From positions 1-64,000 of IMG/VR virus record IMGVR_UViG_3300034071_000719: DNA of 64,000 nucleotides, one strand, 5' to 3'. The notes below the pieces were generated by a model that worked only from the letters and a program-made list of their open reading frames with translations, was not told the origin of the DNA and did not search any database. How positions within the stretch are numbered: the first letter of the stretch is position 1; each line of letters begins with the position of its first letter. Positions 8,654-20,700 of this stretch are shown here, piece after piece. The DNA is from a virus. Both the position numbers and the translations under genes were made by a program.

Positions 8654-11600
8654 ATGACAATGGTGTACTCTGAAATAAAACAAGAATTAATTAGCCTAAT
8701 GCAACTTAGTGACTCGGTGTGGGAACGTGCTCATGCTATTGCTGAAACAACAGTAAATTGGGTAATAAATAGTGAAACTGTTACAACTGCTGAGGTTGCA
8801 GCAGTTGAAGCTGATTTAGCCGCATCCAAAGAAGAATCTCGTGTGTGCGGATGGCCCGAACGGATGGAAGCTCTTAAAACAGAAATTGATGCGCTCGAAG
8901 ATGGTGAACCTAAGAAAAATGCTTTATCAGCTTGGCAAGGCCAAGCAACTGCCTCATCTCGAGTTAAAGCACAGCGAACACAAGTAACTAATAATATTGC
9001 ATCAATGAAATCAATGGGCCGAATTGTTGATGCCCCAACGCAAGTAGCAGTTGCTCCACAACCGCAACCTGCTGAGATTGTTCCAGCAACTGCCGGTATT
9101 CCATTAACTACAGTTCAACGAGCATCTATAAACAATGCATCCGGACCGGTAGTTGTAACATCGCAATCTAGCAATGCAAACGAAGCTGTAGCAGGTGATC
9201 AAGGAGTTGGGTCAACTACAACGTCGACTACAGGAGCTCGCCCAAATCCGTTACATGCCTACCCGAGTTACACATATGGTATAAGTTTACATTTATTGAC
9301 TATCGAAGATTATAATACAATTGTTGAGAAAGGTGAGTATACACCATCACATGTATTAGTAGCAAGCGCCGGCAGATGGAATTCACAAAAAACTGGAGCA
9401 AATGCCTTTGGACGTGACCCAAATTTTGGAGAAGACTTCTATTTCTCAAACTTTCATTTAACAACAGTAATTGGATTAGGCGAGCGCAATAGAGCAACTA
9501 ATGCCATTGATATGACTTTTACATTAGTGGAACCATATGGCTTAACATTCTTAGATAGATTAATGGATGCATCTGAAATAATAAACTCCTCTAATTATTT
9601 AGATAATCCTTATCTAATTCAAATAGATTTCTTTGGTACCGATGATGATGGAAATGCGCAGACTCCGATTCCAAATATAACTAAACGCATGCCAATTAAA
9701 ATTCTAACATGTACTGCAAAATTAACACATCAAGGTACAGAATATCAAATAACTGCACAACCGTACAGTCATCAAGCATTCAATGAATCAAATGTTAATA
9801 CCAAAGTTAACTTAGAACTTACCGCAGGAACAGTCAATGGGTATTTTAAAGGGTCAGATGCCAGTACACGTGCATTAGCAACACAAATAGCATCAGAACG
9901 AGAGGTGTCGGCACAAAGTGGTCTAGGACCAAATGCTCCGTTGATATTTACACAAGCGGCAAGTAGAGGTGGCGGCAGTTTAACCGGAATAGGAGAGCAG
10001 TATGTATATAAAGCTAAATCTTATGCCGATGCACTAAATGCATATGAATTACAATTAGAATTAGATCATGTAGTATTATTATCTAATAGCTATAGCTTTA
10101 ATATTCATCCTACTATTGCAGATCAGCCTATGTATGAAAATGATAAAACAGCATCACCGGAAAATGCTCCAATGGCAGATGTTAGTAATACTAAAGCAGT
10201 TCACCAAGGTAATATGGGAGCAGTAACAGCTGCGTTAGATTTGCGTCAGAGAACATTCCCTATACAACAGGGCGATTCTATTGAAAGTGTAGTGGCATTG
10301 ATTATACGAAATAGTCAATATATAATAAGTCAACTGTCTGACAAAAGTACAACAGATAGTGAAACATATACAAAAGAATTATTAGCTAAACAAGATCAAA
10401 TAGTAAAATGGTTTAAAATTATTCCTAAGATTAAATTAAAAGGATTCGACCCATTTACTAATACATTTGCTAAAGATATTTCGTATGAGGTATTACCATA
10501 CGAAATATATAATGTCAGAATTGAAGAAGCTCCGCAAGGAAAAGCAAAACATAATAATGCAGTAAAGAATTATAATTACATATATACCGGCAAAAATGAT
10601 GATATATTAAATGTAGATCTTAAGTTTGATGCAATGTATTTTACATCTAAAACCGCATACCCATCACGAGAAATGAATACTGTCGGAGTAGCCGGGAAAT
10701 ATGAGGATGACGGAGTGTCTTGCTTAGTAGCACCAGTTTTAACAAAACAAAATACAATCACGCCAACTCAAATTAAGTATCGACATGCAGATCAACGATA
10801 TGCGGCCGCAGGCGGTGCAAAAACAGCTAAAGAAATAACAGCGGCAGATCTTGCCGCATCTCTTATGTCAATGGCAGATGCTGATATGCTAGTAGTGGAC
10901 TTAACTATTGTAGGTGATCCGGAATTTATTAAACAGGATGATATGTTTTATCCGAATACATACGATTCAACAGGACAAGTCGAATTAGAAACACGGGTCA
11001 TAACTCCCAATGGGAGTGTTGTAATGGATGCAAAAGAAATATTCTGTAATCTAACTTTTAATACACCCACTGACATAAATGATGAAACAGGATTAATGAC
11101 CTTTGATCCTAAATATAGAGCAAGTGGTTTTTCGGGCTTGTATAAAATATTAACAGTTGATAATGATTTTAGCAATGGTAAATTTACTCAGGTGTTACAT
11201 TTAGTTAGATACCCTAACCAAGACACAGCAGCGGGCGCAGACACTACTAGTAATGATCAGCGTAGTGAAACTGCTGGATGGAACGGAACTAGAGGAATAT
11301 CATTGCCTGCTCAGGTTAGTACACCTATTGCTAAAGTAACAGCCGCAGAAGATTTGCTTAATAAAGCTAAAACAGAAGCGGCCACTGTAACTCCGTCTGG
11401 GATTGACCCAAAACTAGCGGCTATAAAAGCAGATGGATCTACAACAGCAATTACTGATGCAACTGCTCCTGCGGCAATTGCTCAAACAACTGCAAAAACA
11501 ATAGGCGAAGTAGCCGCAGCAAATTTAGAAATTAACAGAAATATTAGTTCGCTCGATGCTCTTATTACAACTAATCAAAATTCGCTGTTAGGAGCAAGGG

Positions 11601-11746
11601 GAGCTCTTGATATATTAAAAATTAAATCAGCAGATGCCGCTGCTATTGCAGCCGCCCAAGGCAGAGTTAATGAACTACAAAATTCAATAAAATTATTACA
11701 AACAGCAAGAACTGAATTAGCAAGTAAATTGCAAGCTACTCCTTAG
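8654..11746 (+). CDS. Baseplate hub-like protein (gp27/GpD-like) with helical terminal extensions
   Basis: NPLH.YPSYTY, FTLVEPYG, YIYTGKNDDI, LTIVGDP and FSGLYKI...FSNGKFTQ.L motifs; lies between gp53 and gp5. Confidence 0.6.
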   Translation: MTMVYSEIKQELISLMQLSDSVWERAHAIAETTVNWVINSETVTTAEVAAVEADLAASKEESRVCGWPERMEALKTEIDALEDGEPKKNALSAWQGQATASSRVKAQRTQVTNNIASMKSMGRIVDAPTQVAVAPQPQPAEIVPATAGIPLTTVQRASINNASGPVVVTSQSSNANEAVAGDQGVGSTTTSTTGARPNPLHAYPSYTYGISLHLLTIEDYNTIVEKGEYTPSHVLVASAGRWNSQKTGANAFGRDPNFGEDFYFSNFHLTTVIGLGERNRATNAIDMTFTLVEPYGLTFLDRLMDASEIINSSNYLDNPYLIQIDFFGTDDDGNAQTPIPNITKRMPIKILTCTAKLTHQGTEYQITAQPYSHQAFNESNVNTKVNLELTAGTVNGYFKGSDASTRALATQIASEREVSAQSGLGPNAPLIFTQAASRGGGSLTGIGEQYVYKAKSYADALNAYELQLELDHVVLLSNSYSFNIHPTIADQPMYENDKTASPENAPMADVSNTKAVHQGNMGAVTAALDLRQRTFPIQQGDSIESVVALIIRNSQYIISQLSDKSTTDSETYTKELLAKQDQIVKWFKIIPKIKLKGFDPFTNTFAKDISYEVLPYEIYNVRIEEAPQGKAKHNNAVKNYNYIYTGKNDDILNVDLKFDAMYFTSKTAYPSREMNTVGVAGKYEDDGVSCLVAPVLTKQNTITPTQIKYRHADQRYAAAGGAKTAKEITAADLAASLMSMADADMLVVDLTIVGDPEFIKQDDMFYPNTYDSTGQVELETRVITPNGSVVMDAKEIFCNLTFNTPTDINDETGLMTFDPKYRASGFSGLYKILTVDNDFSNGKFTQVLHLVRYPNQDTAAGADTTSNDQRSETAGWNGTRGISLPAQVSTPIAKVTAAEDLLNKAKTEAATVTPSGIDPKLAAIKADGSTTAITDATAPAAIAQTTAKTIGEVAAANLEINRNISSLDALITTNQNSLLGARGALDILKIKSADAAAIAAAQGRVNELQNSIKLLQTARTELASKLQATP

Positions 11747-11757
11747 GAAAGTAATCA

Positions 11758-13869
11758 ATGGCAATAGATCGTAGAATTGGTACCAAAGTTGATAAATCAC
11801 TGCGCAGAGAAGATGCGCAGGCTATTCGAGTGGATCCATTTCCATACATCGGCATTGTAAAAAATAATTTAGATCCGACTAGGTGTGGTAGATTACAAGT
11901 ATGGATTCCGGAAACCGGTGGCGACCCCGATAGTCCACAAAATTGGCGTACAGTAAGCTACGCAAGCCCGTTTATGGGTACTACAAACTTAAAGACATCT
12001 ACTGCAACACGTAGTCCAAAAAACTCATTTGATCAAACTCCGCATACATATGGTATGTGGATGGTTCCCCCGGATATCGGCGTTGAAGTAATTGTATTGT
12101 TTATAGCAGGAGACCCTCTAAAAGGATATTGGTTAGCTTGTGTTAACTCAGCAATAAACAGACACATGTTACCCGGTTTAGCTAGTTCTACCCACATCGA
12201 TTCCTCGTCTGCAAGTGCAGATGTTAAGAAAGCTATTACTCCGGGATTTCAATATCCTGTGTCGGAATTTAATATTAACGACCCAAACGTAGATCGTACT
12301 AGATTTGCAACACAGTCTAAACCGATACACGAAGAACAATTTCGTCGACTAGTAGTACAAGGGCTAGATAGAGATAATACTCGCGGCACTATTACAAGTA
12401 GTAGCCAACGCGAAAGTCCGAGTAATGTATTTGGTATTAGTACCCCGGGCCGTCCGTATAAAAATGACCCAGCCGACGATCCAAATTTTGCAGCTAAAGT
12501 TGCTGCTGGCACGTTGACAGAGGATGATTATGCAGTAACTACTCGCAGAGGTGGCCACACATTTGTTATGGATGATGGTAGTGTTGCAGGAGTTGACCAA
12601 TTAATTAGATTACGTACTGCAAATGGCCATCAAATAATCATGCACGATAGCGATAATACAATGTATATTGCAAATGCAGAAGGCAAAGTGTGGCTTGAAT
12701 TGGGACCGGAGGGCAGACTTGACATTTTTGCAGCAGGTGGATTTAATCTCAGAACACAGGGTTCTATCGAGATGCATGCTGATAAAAATATTACTATAAA
12801 CGCTGGCGGCAAGTTTAGTGTACGTGCCGAAAATGCAATGCAATTTGATGCGGCAAAATTCAATGTACTTACGGGCGGCGGCGGGATAAATTTACAAACC
12901 ACCGGAAAATTTGACGTTAAAACTGGCGGAAATTTTAACGTAGATACAGCCGGCCAAATATCATTGAAGGCTGGTTCCAAAATAATCGAAGATGCAGGCA
13001 GTTTATCAATGTTAACAGATAAAGGAGTTGATGTCACTGCACTTAAAATGATTCCGCTAAATTCACATCCTGACACATTAGCAGATCCTGACACTGGGTT
13101 ATATAAAAATATCGCTGGCAAAATTAGTTCTATTGTATCAATTGCACCAGGACACGAACCATTTTATATGCGCAACCAATCGCCCCCTGGTGAGCCAGAA
13201 ACTGCTAAAATTATGCCGCGACAATCCTATTCTGGAAATAACGATGCAACTAAAGATGGCGGCAGTGGAGTTACTAATCAAGTAACCGATGCCGATATTA
13301 GAAACGTAAAACTAGCAACAGACACAATTGGTACATTAACTAAAGAAGAGACCACAGCATTATTGGCACAACTTGCTAAAAGTGAGAGCGGTGGATTTGA
13401 TCCTAAGAAATTTCCAGACCAATATCATGTAATAAATGGGCTAGGGTTTGCTGGAAAATATCAATTTGGTACAGGAGCACTACAAGATATTGGGTATATT
13501 AAAAAAGGCTATTCGCCAAATGATAACTCGGTTTTAACTAACCCCAATGCCTGGACAGGTAAAGGTGGCATTCACAATATCCAAGAATATTATAAAGCAC
13601 AAGATACACAAGAAACGATGGCGTTGGAATATCAACAACTAAGCTACACTAGATTAGTATCTAATGGTGTACTTACTAAAGATGATACACCGGGCGAAGT
13701 TGGTGGAATAATGCAAGTTGCCTGGTTTGGTGTAGGTAATGCTCAAAAGTGGAGAGCAAAGGAAATTCCCGATAATTACCAAGGCAATCCGTACCGCGAG
13801 TACTATAATAGAGGCAAGTATGCAGTTACCCAAATGGCGCCCAAAGTTGCAGAGATACAAGCAGGATAA
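11758..13869 (+). CDS. gp5: Baseplate central spike (gp5/VgrG-like) with a C-terminal lysozyme-like domain
   Basis: OB-fold DPTRCGRLQVWIP...PPDIG, GH.FVMDD, beta-helix repeats, HEP motif, then a SESGG...GKYQF lysozyme-like domain. Confidence 0.8.
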   Translation: MAIDRRIGTKVDKSLRREDAQAIRVDPFPYIGIVKNNLDPTRCGRLQVWIPETGGDPDSPQNWRTVSYASPFMGTTNLKTSTATRSPKNSFDQTPHTYGMWMVPPDIGVEVIVLFIAGDPLKGYWLACVNSAINRHMLPGLASSTHIDSSSASADVKKAITPGFQYPVSEFNINDPNVDRTRFATQSKPIHEEQFRRLVVQGLDRDNTRGTITSSSQRESPSNVFGISTPGRPYKNDPADDPNFAAKVAAGTLTEDDYAVTTRRGGHTFVMDDGSVAGVDQLIRLRTANGHQIIMHDSDNTMYIANAEGKVWLELGPEGRLDIFAAGGFNLRTQGSIEMHADKNITINAGGKFSVRAENAMQFDAAKFNVLTGGGGINLQTTGKFDVKTGGNFNVDTAGQISLKAGSKIIEDAGSLSMLTDKGVDVTALKMIPLNSHPDTLADPDTGLYKNIAGKISSIVSIAPGHEPFYMRNQSPPGEPETAKIMPRQSYSGNNDATKDGGSGVTNQVTDADIRNVKLATDTIGTLTKEETTALLAQLAKSESGGFDPKKFPDQYHVINGLGFAGKYQFGTGALQDIGYIKKGYSPNDNSVLTNPNAWTGKGGIHNIQEYYKAQDTQETMALEYQQLSYTRLVSNGVLTKDDTPGEVGGIMQVAWFGVGNAQKWRAKEIPDNYQGNPYREYYNRGKYAVTQMAPKVAEIQAG

Positions 13870-13872
13870 ATA
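13866..13872 (+). promoter_or_regulatory. Late promoter motif ATAAATA, 5 nt before the gp25 start codon
   Basis: Motif match; no Shine-Dalgarno between the motif and the ATG. Confidence 0.5.
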
Positions 13873-13877
13873 TTAAT

Positions 13878-14255
13878 ATGGCTAACATGTATAGAGGATT
13901 CAGTACCATTGGAAGATCGAGAAAGTTTCGATTGACAGACGCCGCACTGGTGAAACAAGATTTAATTAATCACTTTAACATACGTAAAGGTGAGAAGTTA
14001 ATGAATCCAAATTTTGGCACTATTATCTGGAATGTGTTATATGACCCATTGACAGAAGACCTTAAAGCCATTATAATAGCTGATGTAAATCAAATTGTTA
14101 GCTACGACCCACGAATTAGTGTTGATAGCGTAGTAATAACCGAGTACGAACAAGGGCTACAATTAGCCTTAACTGTGCGTTATTTGCAAACAAATCAAAC
14201 TAGCGCAATGAATCTACAATTCAATAATCAAACTAAATCACTTACTGCCGTTTAA
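13878..14255 (+). CDS. gp25: Baseplate wedge subunit gp25
   Basis: LVKQDLINHF.IRKGEKLMNPNFGT...YDPRI motif. Confidence 0.9.
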   Translation: MANMYRGFSTIGRSRKFRLTDAALVKQDLINHFNIRKGEKLMNPNFGTIIWNVLYDPLTEDLKAIIIADVNQIVSYDPRISVDSVVITEYEQGLQLALTVRYLQTNQTSAMNLQFNNQTKSLTAV

Positions 14256-14278
14256 TTAAATACGTACTTTTTCCTTAA

Positions 14279-14294
14279 ATAAATACATTATAAC
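14279..14294 (+). promoter_or_regulatory. Late promoter upstream of gp6
   Basis: ATAAATA-catt-ATAAC. Confidence 0.6.
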
Positions 14295-14305
14295 AGGGAA
14301 TTAGT

Positions 14306-17300
14306 ATGGCTATTACCACAAGACAAACCAGTTTATTAGTTGCTGAAGATTGGACTAAGATCTATCAAACCTTCCGTAATGCGGACTTTCAAAGCTACGA
14401 TTACGAAACACTTCGTAAGTCAATGATTGATTATTTGCGTTTATACTATCCAGAAGACTTTAACGACTTTACAGAAAGTTCTGAGTTCATTGCACTTATT
14501 GATCTGATTGCTTTTATGGGACAAAGTCTTGCATTCCGTACAGACTTAAATGCTCGTGAAAACTTCATTGATACAGCACAACGTCGCGACAGTGTATTTA
14601 AACTTGCACGTCTTATTAGTTACGTTCCTAAACGCAATATCGCATCATCGGGTTATTTAAAGATTGATGGCATTAGCACAACTGAATCAGTATACGATAG
14701 TAACGGATTAAATCTTGCTGGGTTAGTTATTAGCTGGGCAGATAGTGGTAATGACAATTGGTTAGAGCAATTTACAACGATACTTAACGCAAGTCTGACT
14801 TCTAGTCAAGTAGTAGGAAAACCAGGAAACAGCCAACTTATTAACGGAATCACAACAAGTGAATATCAAATAAATTTAGTTTCTAATATTATTGCAACTT
14901 ATAGATATCGTGCTGCAATCGAAGGTGCGCAAACAACATTTGAAGTAGTTAGTCCAACAAGCAGTGGCCAAACATATATCTACGAAGCTAGCCCTCGTCC
15001 ATCTCAGGCATTTAACATATTATACAGAAATGATAACTTAGGTAATGCATCTGCTAATACTGGATTCTTCTTATACTTTAAACAAGGTGAATTACAAAGT
15101 ATCGACTTTAATTTTGCAGAAAGTATTCCTAATAGAGTGCATAGTATAAACACTAACAATATTAATAATACCGATGTATGGTTATATAGTTTAGATACAA
15201 ACGGACAACCAAGCGTAGCATGGGCACCAGTGCCGGCTGTTGGTGTGTCTAATGTTATATATAATAAACAGGCAAATAAAAACATATATCAAGTAAACAC
15301 TCGTGCAGGTGATCAAATTGATTTAATATTTGGCGATGGTTCGTTTGCTAATATTCCACAAGGTAATTATAGATTATATTACAGAACTAGTAACGGGGCA
15401 AATTATAAAATCACGCCAGACGAAATGCAACATATTGTTATCCCTGTTAATTACACTAGCCGTTCTGGTAGAATAGAAACAATCAATATTACTGCAAGTT
15501 TACAATACACTGTAGCAAATGCAAGTCCTCGTGAAACCATCGAGGAAATTAGACAAAAAGCACCACAACAATATTACACACGTGATCGTATGGTTACAGG
15601 TGAGGATTACAATATTCTTCCTTATACATTGTTTAGTAATGTGCTTAAAGTTAAAGCAGTTAATCGTACATCGTCTGGGGTAAGTCGTTACTTAGATGTT
15701 ATCGATACAACTGGAAAATATTCTAGTACTAATATTTTTGCAAGTGACGGATACCTCTATAGAGATGAAACTCAAAATACATTCTCATTTGAATTTGTAA
15801 CTCGTAACGATATCTATAGAACTATATACAATAATATCACTCCGCTAGTAACATCACAGGAAATGTTACAATATTTTTATGCATTTTATTTTAAATCTCC
15901 GTTATTATTGCCCGATGTCAGATGGGTTCATGCAACGACTGCGGCAAACAGTTCAACTGGATATTTTGTTGATAGCTTAGGTAAAATACTTCAAGTCGGT
16001 GATACAGTTAGTAATAACAATTCATACATTAAACCAGGCGCCATTATTAAATTTTCTGCTGGTAGTGGTCAATACTTTGATGCAAGAAATATTATCCAAG
16101 TCGGAACGCCGATTAAATCGGGTGATAAATTATATTTGTATGTTGCTGTGGACACAGTATTAGCTGATGGAACAAATGCCGGCCAAGGTAAATTGGCCAA
16201 TGGAACAGGCCCTATTACAGTCGGTGGCAATGTGCCAACTGATGCAATTGCGGATTCAGTTTATGCTACATTTAATAATAAATTTTCAACTACACTAGTG
16301 GAATCAATTGTAGCATACACACAAGCATACGAAGATTTTGGTATTCGTTATGATATTGATCTGAATGTATGGGTATTAATTGAACCACAAAATTTAAATA
16401 TTGGTGAATTTGATTTACAATATGCTGGAAATACTAGCGGCACACAACTTGATTCGAGTTGGATGATCTATTTTAAAACAGTTGGGCAAACATACACAGT
16501 AACCTACCGCGGATTAAATTACATATTCGAAAGTGTTAATGAAACAAATTTCTACTTTGATAATACTGTAAAAATTTATGATCCAAAAACAGGAATTACA
16601 TTACATGATCAAATTAAAGTATTAAAAATAAATTCTAACCCCAATGATTCGTATCCACAAGCGTTAGATTATACTTGGTATATTCATAAAAATATTGTTG
16701 ACGTCGACGGGTATTCGAACCCTAATAGAATTTCAATAACATTCCCAGATTCAAACAATGATGGCATACCAGATAACCCAGAGTTATTTGATCTTATAGT
16801 TTCGCCGTATACATATCCCGAATCTAAATATGTATATTTTAAAGCAACTGATGGGTACGATAATTTTACTAATCAAATTCCGGTAAGTAGTGAGTTAATT
16901 ATATCAACGTATGCAACTAAGTTATTGATAGAAGAAGATAAGACGCTGTATCAAGCAGATCAGTTATTCTACGTACCATTAACTAACCAATATTTTCAAT
17001 TGGCTATTAGTAGTGCTAATGTGTATACATTGAATGAGGTTACTGGATATACTTCTAAAATTGGTAGACAAGATTTATATTTCCAATATAGACATAATAG
17101 TCCGAACTATCGTCGAATTGACCCAAGTCCAAATAACATCATTGATTTATATATGTTAACTAAACAATACGCGGCTGATTATATGTCATGGATTAGAGAT
17201 TCGTCGGGCGCAACCATTGAACCTACTCGTCCGACATCGGCAGTGTTAGGTGCAGATTTTGCAAGTTTAGAAAAATACAAAAGTGTTAGTGATACAATTA

Positions 17301-17698
17301 TCTATAATCCTGCTAAGTTTAAACCAATATTTGGATCAAAAGCACCAGTATCATTGCAAGCAACATTTAAGGTTGTAAAAAATTCAGCTGTTATTGTTAG
17401 TGATAATGATATTAAGACTAGTGTAATTACTGCTATTAATAATTACTTTGATGTTACGAACTGGGACTTTGGTGAAACGTTTTACTTTAGTGAATTAAGT
17501 GCATATTTACATAGTGTACTTGCTCCAAATATTGCAAGTATAACTATTGTGCCGTCAGACGAAACAAGCCCGTTTGGTAGTTTGTTACAAATCAATGCAG
17601 AATACAATGAAATCATTACAAGTGCAGCAACAGTAGATAATATACAGGTAATTAGTGCAATTACTGCGGCACAAATCAACCAAACTGTTCTGGCTTAA
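14306..17698 (+). CDS. gp6: Baseplate wedge subunit gp6
   Basis: DFNDF.ESS, ENFIDTAQRRDSV..LA..ISY.P, IFGDG, ETIEEIR..AP...RMVT.EDY motifs. Confidence 0.88.
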   Translation: MAITTRQTSLLVAEDWTKIYQTFRNADFQSYDYETLRKSMIDYLRLYYPEDFNDFTESSEFIALIDLIAFMGQSLAFRTDLNARENFIDTAQRRDSVFKLARLISYVPKRNIASSGYLKIDGISTTESVYDSNGLNLAGLVISWADSGNDNWLEQFTTILNASLTSSQVVGKPGNSQLINGITTSEYQINLVSNIIATYRYRAAIEGAQTTFEVVSPTSSGQTYIYEASPRPSQAFNILYRNDNLGNASANTGFFLYFKQGELQSIDFNFAESIPNRVHSINTNNINNTDVWLYSLDTNGQPSVAWAPVPAVGVSNVIYNKQANKNIYQVNTRAGDQIDLIFGDGSFANIPQGNYRLYYRTSNGANYKITPDEMQHIVIPVNYTSRSGRIETINITASLQYTVANASPRETIEEIRQKAPQQYYTRDRMVTGEDYNILPYTLFSNVLKVKAVNRTSSGVSRYLDVIDTTGKYSSTNIFASDGYLYRDETQNTFSFEFVTRNDIYRTIYNNITPLVTSQEMLQYFYAFYFKSPLLLPDVRWVHATTAANSSTGYFVDSLGKILQVGDTVSNNNSYIKPGAIIKFSAGSGQYFDARNIIQVGTPIKSGDKLYLYVAVDTVLADGTNAGQGKLANGTGPITVGGNVPTDAIADSVYATFNNKFSTTLVESIVAYTQAYEDFGIRYDIDLNVWVLIEPQNLNIGEFDLQYAGNTSGTQLDSSWMIYFKTVGQTYTVTYRGLNYIFESVNETNFYFDNTVKIYDPKTGITLHDQIKVLKINSNPNDSYPQALDYTWYIHKNIVDVDGYSNPNRISITFPDSNNDGIPDNPELFDLIVSPYTYPESKYVYFKATDGYDNFTNQIPVSSELIISTYATKLLIEEDKTLYQADQLFYVPLTNQYFQLAISSANVYTLNEVTGYTSKIGRQDLYFQYRHNSPNYRRIDPSPNNIIDLYMLTKQYAADYMSWIRDSSGATIEPTRPTSAVLGADFASLEKYKSVSDTIIYNPAKFKPIFGSKAPVSLQATFKVVKNSAVIVSDNDIKTSVITAINNYFDVTNWDFGETFYFSELSAYLHSVLAPNIASITIVPSDETSPFGSLLQINAEYNEIITSAATVDNIQVISAITAAQINQTVLA

Positions 17699-17710
17699 AT
17701 ACTATATAAC
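17695..17710 (+). promoter_or_regulatory. Late promoter upstream of the giant wedge gene
   Basis: TTAAATA-ctat-ATAAC. Confidence 0.55.
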
Positions 17711-17718
17711 ACTGAGAA

Positions 17719-20700
17719 ATGACAATGGCATCTAGAAAAACCCTTAAATTTTTACCAACAATATTCCAAACAGATACGAATAGTAAATTCTTGTCGGCGA
17801 CATTAGATCAATTAATTGCCGAACCCGAATTAAAAACTATACATGGATATATAGGTAGAAAATTTGCGCCAACATATAAAAATAAAGATAGTTACTTAGT
17901 TGAAAGTTTAACTGAACGCCAAAATTATCAACTTGAACCAAGTATAGTTGCTCGTGATGACCAACAAAATATTACATTCTTTGCTAGTTATATTGACTTA
18001 TTAAATAAAATAGATTACTATGGTGGCATAACAACTGATCACAGTCGATTATTTGCTTCGGAATATTACTCATTTAATCCGCAAATTTCGTACGATAAGT
18101 TTATTAACTTTACACAATATTTCTGGTTACCAAACGGTCCTGATTCAGTTGATGTATATACCGGTAGTGTACCACTAACTGATACTATCACAGTACACAG
18201 AGATAGTACTACAAATAAATATCGATTTGAGTCCACAGGGCGCAATAACGGTACCTTAATATTAGCCCGCGGCGGAGTGTATACCTTTGAAGTTAATCAA
18301 CCCGGGCATCCATTTTGGATTCAGACTGAATTAGGAATCGACGGCCTTGTAAATTCAACACCCGGAATTAGTTCACGTGAAGTATTAGGGGTAACCAATA
18401 ACGGAGCCGATGTTGGTACGATTACGTTCTTAGTGCCACAATCGACTGCACAAGATAATTTTAATTCGATGAATTTAATCTACAATGTAGATTATGCTAT
18501 ACCGTTGGCATATTCAAAAATTCAACATCAATTATTATCTAATTTTATACAAGCATTTCCACAATATGCTCCTATTGCAGCAAATATTGATGGTAAAACT
18601 TTAATCTTTATTGATCAAGATCAATTAACTAATTATGGCGAAAACGCTTGGATCACACCCGGCTTATTTGACAACCATGGTATAGAAGTAGACGAGTTTG
18701 ATGCAGGATATGTAGTAACTAACAATCAACGTTACGGTGTATGGAAAATAATGTTGATTGAAAATGGCGGTGACACAATTATTAGATTAGTGCCAGTGAT
18801 AGATGTACCGCTGAATAATAAGGTATATATTCAATCTGGGATTACTAATGTTAACCGAGAATACTTTAAGGATTATGATGAATTTTTCCATCAAGTCCCT
18901 GTAATTTCAAGTGTACAAAATACAATATATTATCAAGATGGGTCATCATCTGACCTATACGGCCAATTCTCTTTAATTAATCCTGCAAGTTGGATCATTG
19001 ATGTAGATCAAGAAATTATTGGAAAGTCTGAATACATTAGTCCTAACGGAATTGAATTCACAACAGGATTAAAAATTAAATTCGGCACAGATGTCTACCC
19101 AGCAACATATCAAAACAATAGTTATTATGTAGAGGGAGTAGGTGATGCAATTCGACTAGTTGACATTACTGCATTGATTACTCCGGAACCATTCAATGAT
19201 GAATTAGCAATAAATTATCCTGGGCAAGTATTTCCTGACTATATTACGATTAATCGTGCTAGCAAAGATTTAAATGCATGGTCACGTAGTAATAGATGGT
19301 TCCATAGAGATGTAATTGAAAAGACTGCAGAATATAATTCAACAACACCAGCGTATGATCAATTGCAACGTGCGCAACGTCCTATTGTACAATTTAACGC
19401 CGATTATCAATTATTTAATAACGGACGTATTGGTAAAAAAGCAATTGATATATTGGATACATTAACCACAGATGCATTTAGTGATGTTGAAGGAACCTAT
19501 CAAACTATATTTCGTGGCGCAACTATTATAAATGGAACTCGTGTTATATTTGCTAACGACAATGATCCGTTAGTCCGTAATAACATTTATGAAATTAATT
19601 TAGTATATATAACGGTAGATGAATTTCAACGACCAGTAGGCGATCCACAAATTACATTGACTCTAGCCGCAGATGGTATAGCAGAACAATATGATTCGAC
19701 TGTAATCACAACAGGGCAGTATAAAGGAACATCTTGGTGGTTTAACGGCATTAACTGGGTTGAAAGCCAAACAAAAACAAGCAATCAGCAAGACCCATTG
19801 TTTGATATATTTGATTCGGCTGATACTAGTTTATCAGAATATCCAGCAAGTACCTTTGCTGGTACTAAGCTATTTGGCTATAAACGAAATTCAACAGGGC
19901 GCACTGACCCAGTATTGCAATTTCCACTTAGTTATAGAAACTTCGGAACACAAGGCGATATCGAATTTTCTAATTACTATAATATAGATACGTTTAGTTA
20001 TACAGCAAACCCAATTACTCAAATTTCTATCGGGTCATTGCATAAAATTGCAGACCGTTATAATTCTGTATCGTCTACTATTTGGTCAACAGTTATTGAA
20101 GAAAGTAAACAATACCAATTAATATCATATATCTATTTGGGCTCGACCACAATATTTGCAATTGATGTTACACCTGCGGTTGAATCTACTATTCCGTATC
20201 TGCGTGTATTTCAAAATAATGTATTGTTAACCCCTACTCAATGGGTATTTAATTCTGTAACAAAAACTATTAGTTTAGTGGCTACCCCTGCAATCGACGA
20301 TAAAATCGATATCTTAGTATACAGTAAAGAAGTAAGTAAACTTGGGCACTATCAGATTCCGTTAAATTTAGATTTAAATGCACAAAATATTGATTTAGAA
20401 TCATTGACCTTAGGCCAGATACGTAATCATGTGGTTGCGTTAAGTCACAATAGCAAAGAATTAGTTGGTAATATTCTTGGCCCTAATAATTTACGAGATA
20501 TTGAGCTTGCAACGCAAGGCGGCAACATCTTGCAACATAGCGCACCTGTTCCACATGCTGCATTATTTTTATTAAACGAAGATACTAATTTTGTTAACGC
20601 AGTTCGTTATGCACAACAAGAATATGCTAGATTTAAAAATAAATTTCTTGAATATAGCACAACATTAAATGGCATTCAACCAACTGATCCGTCTGCTAGT

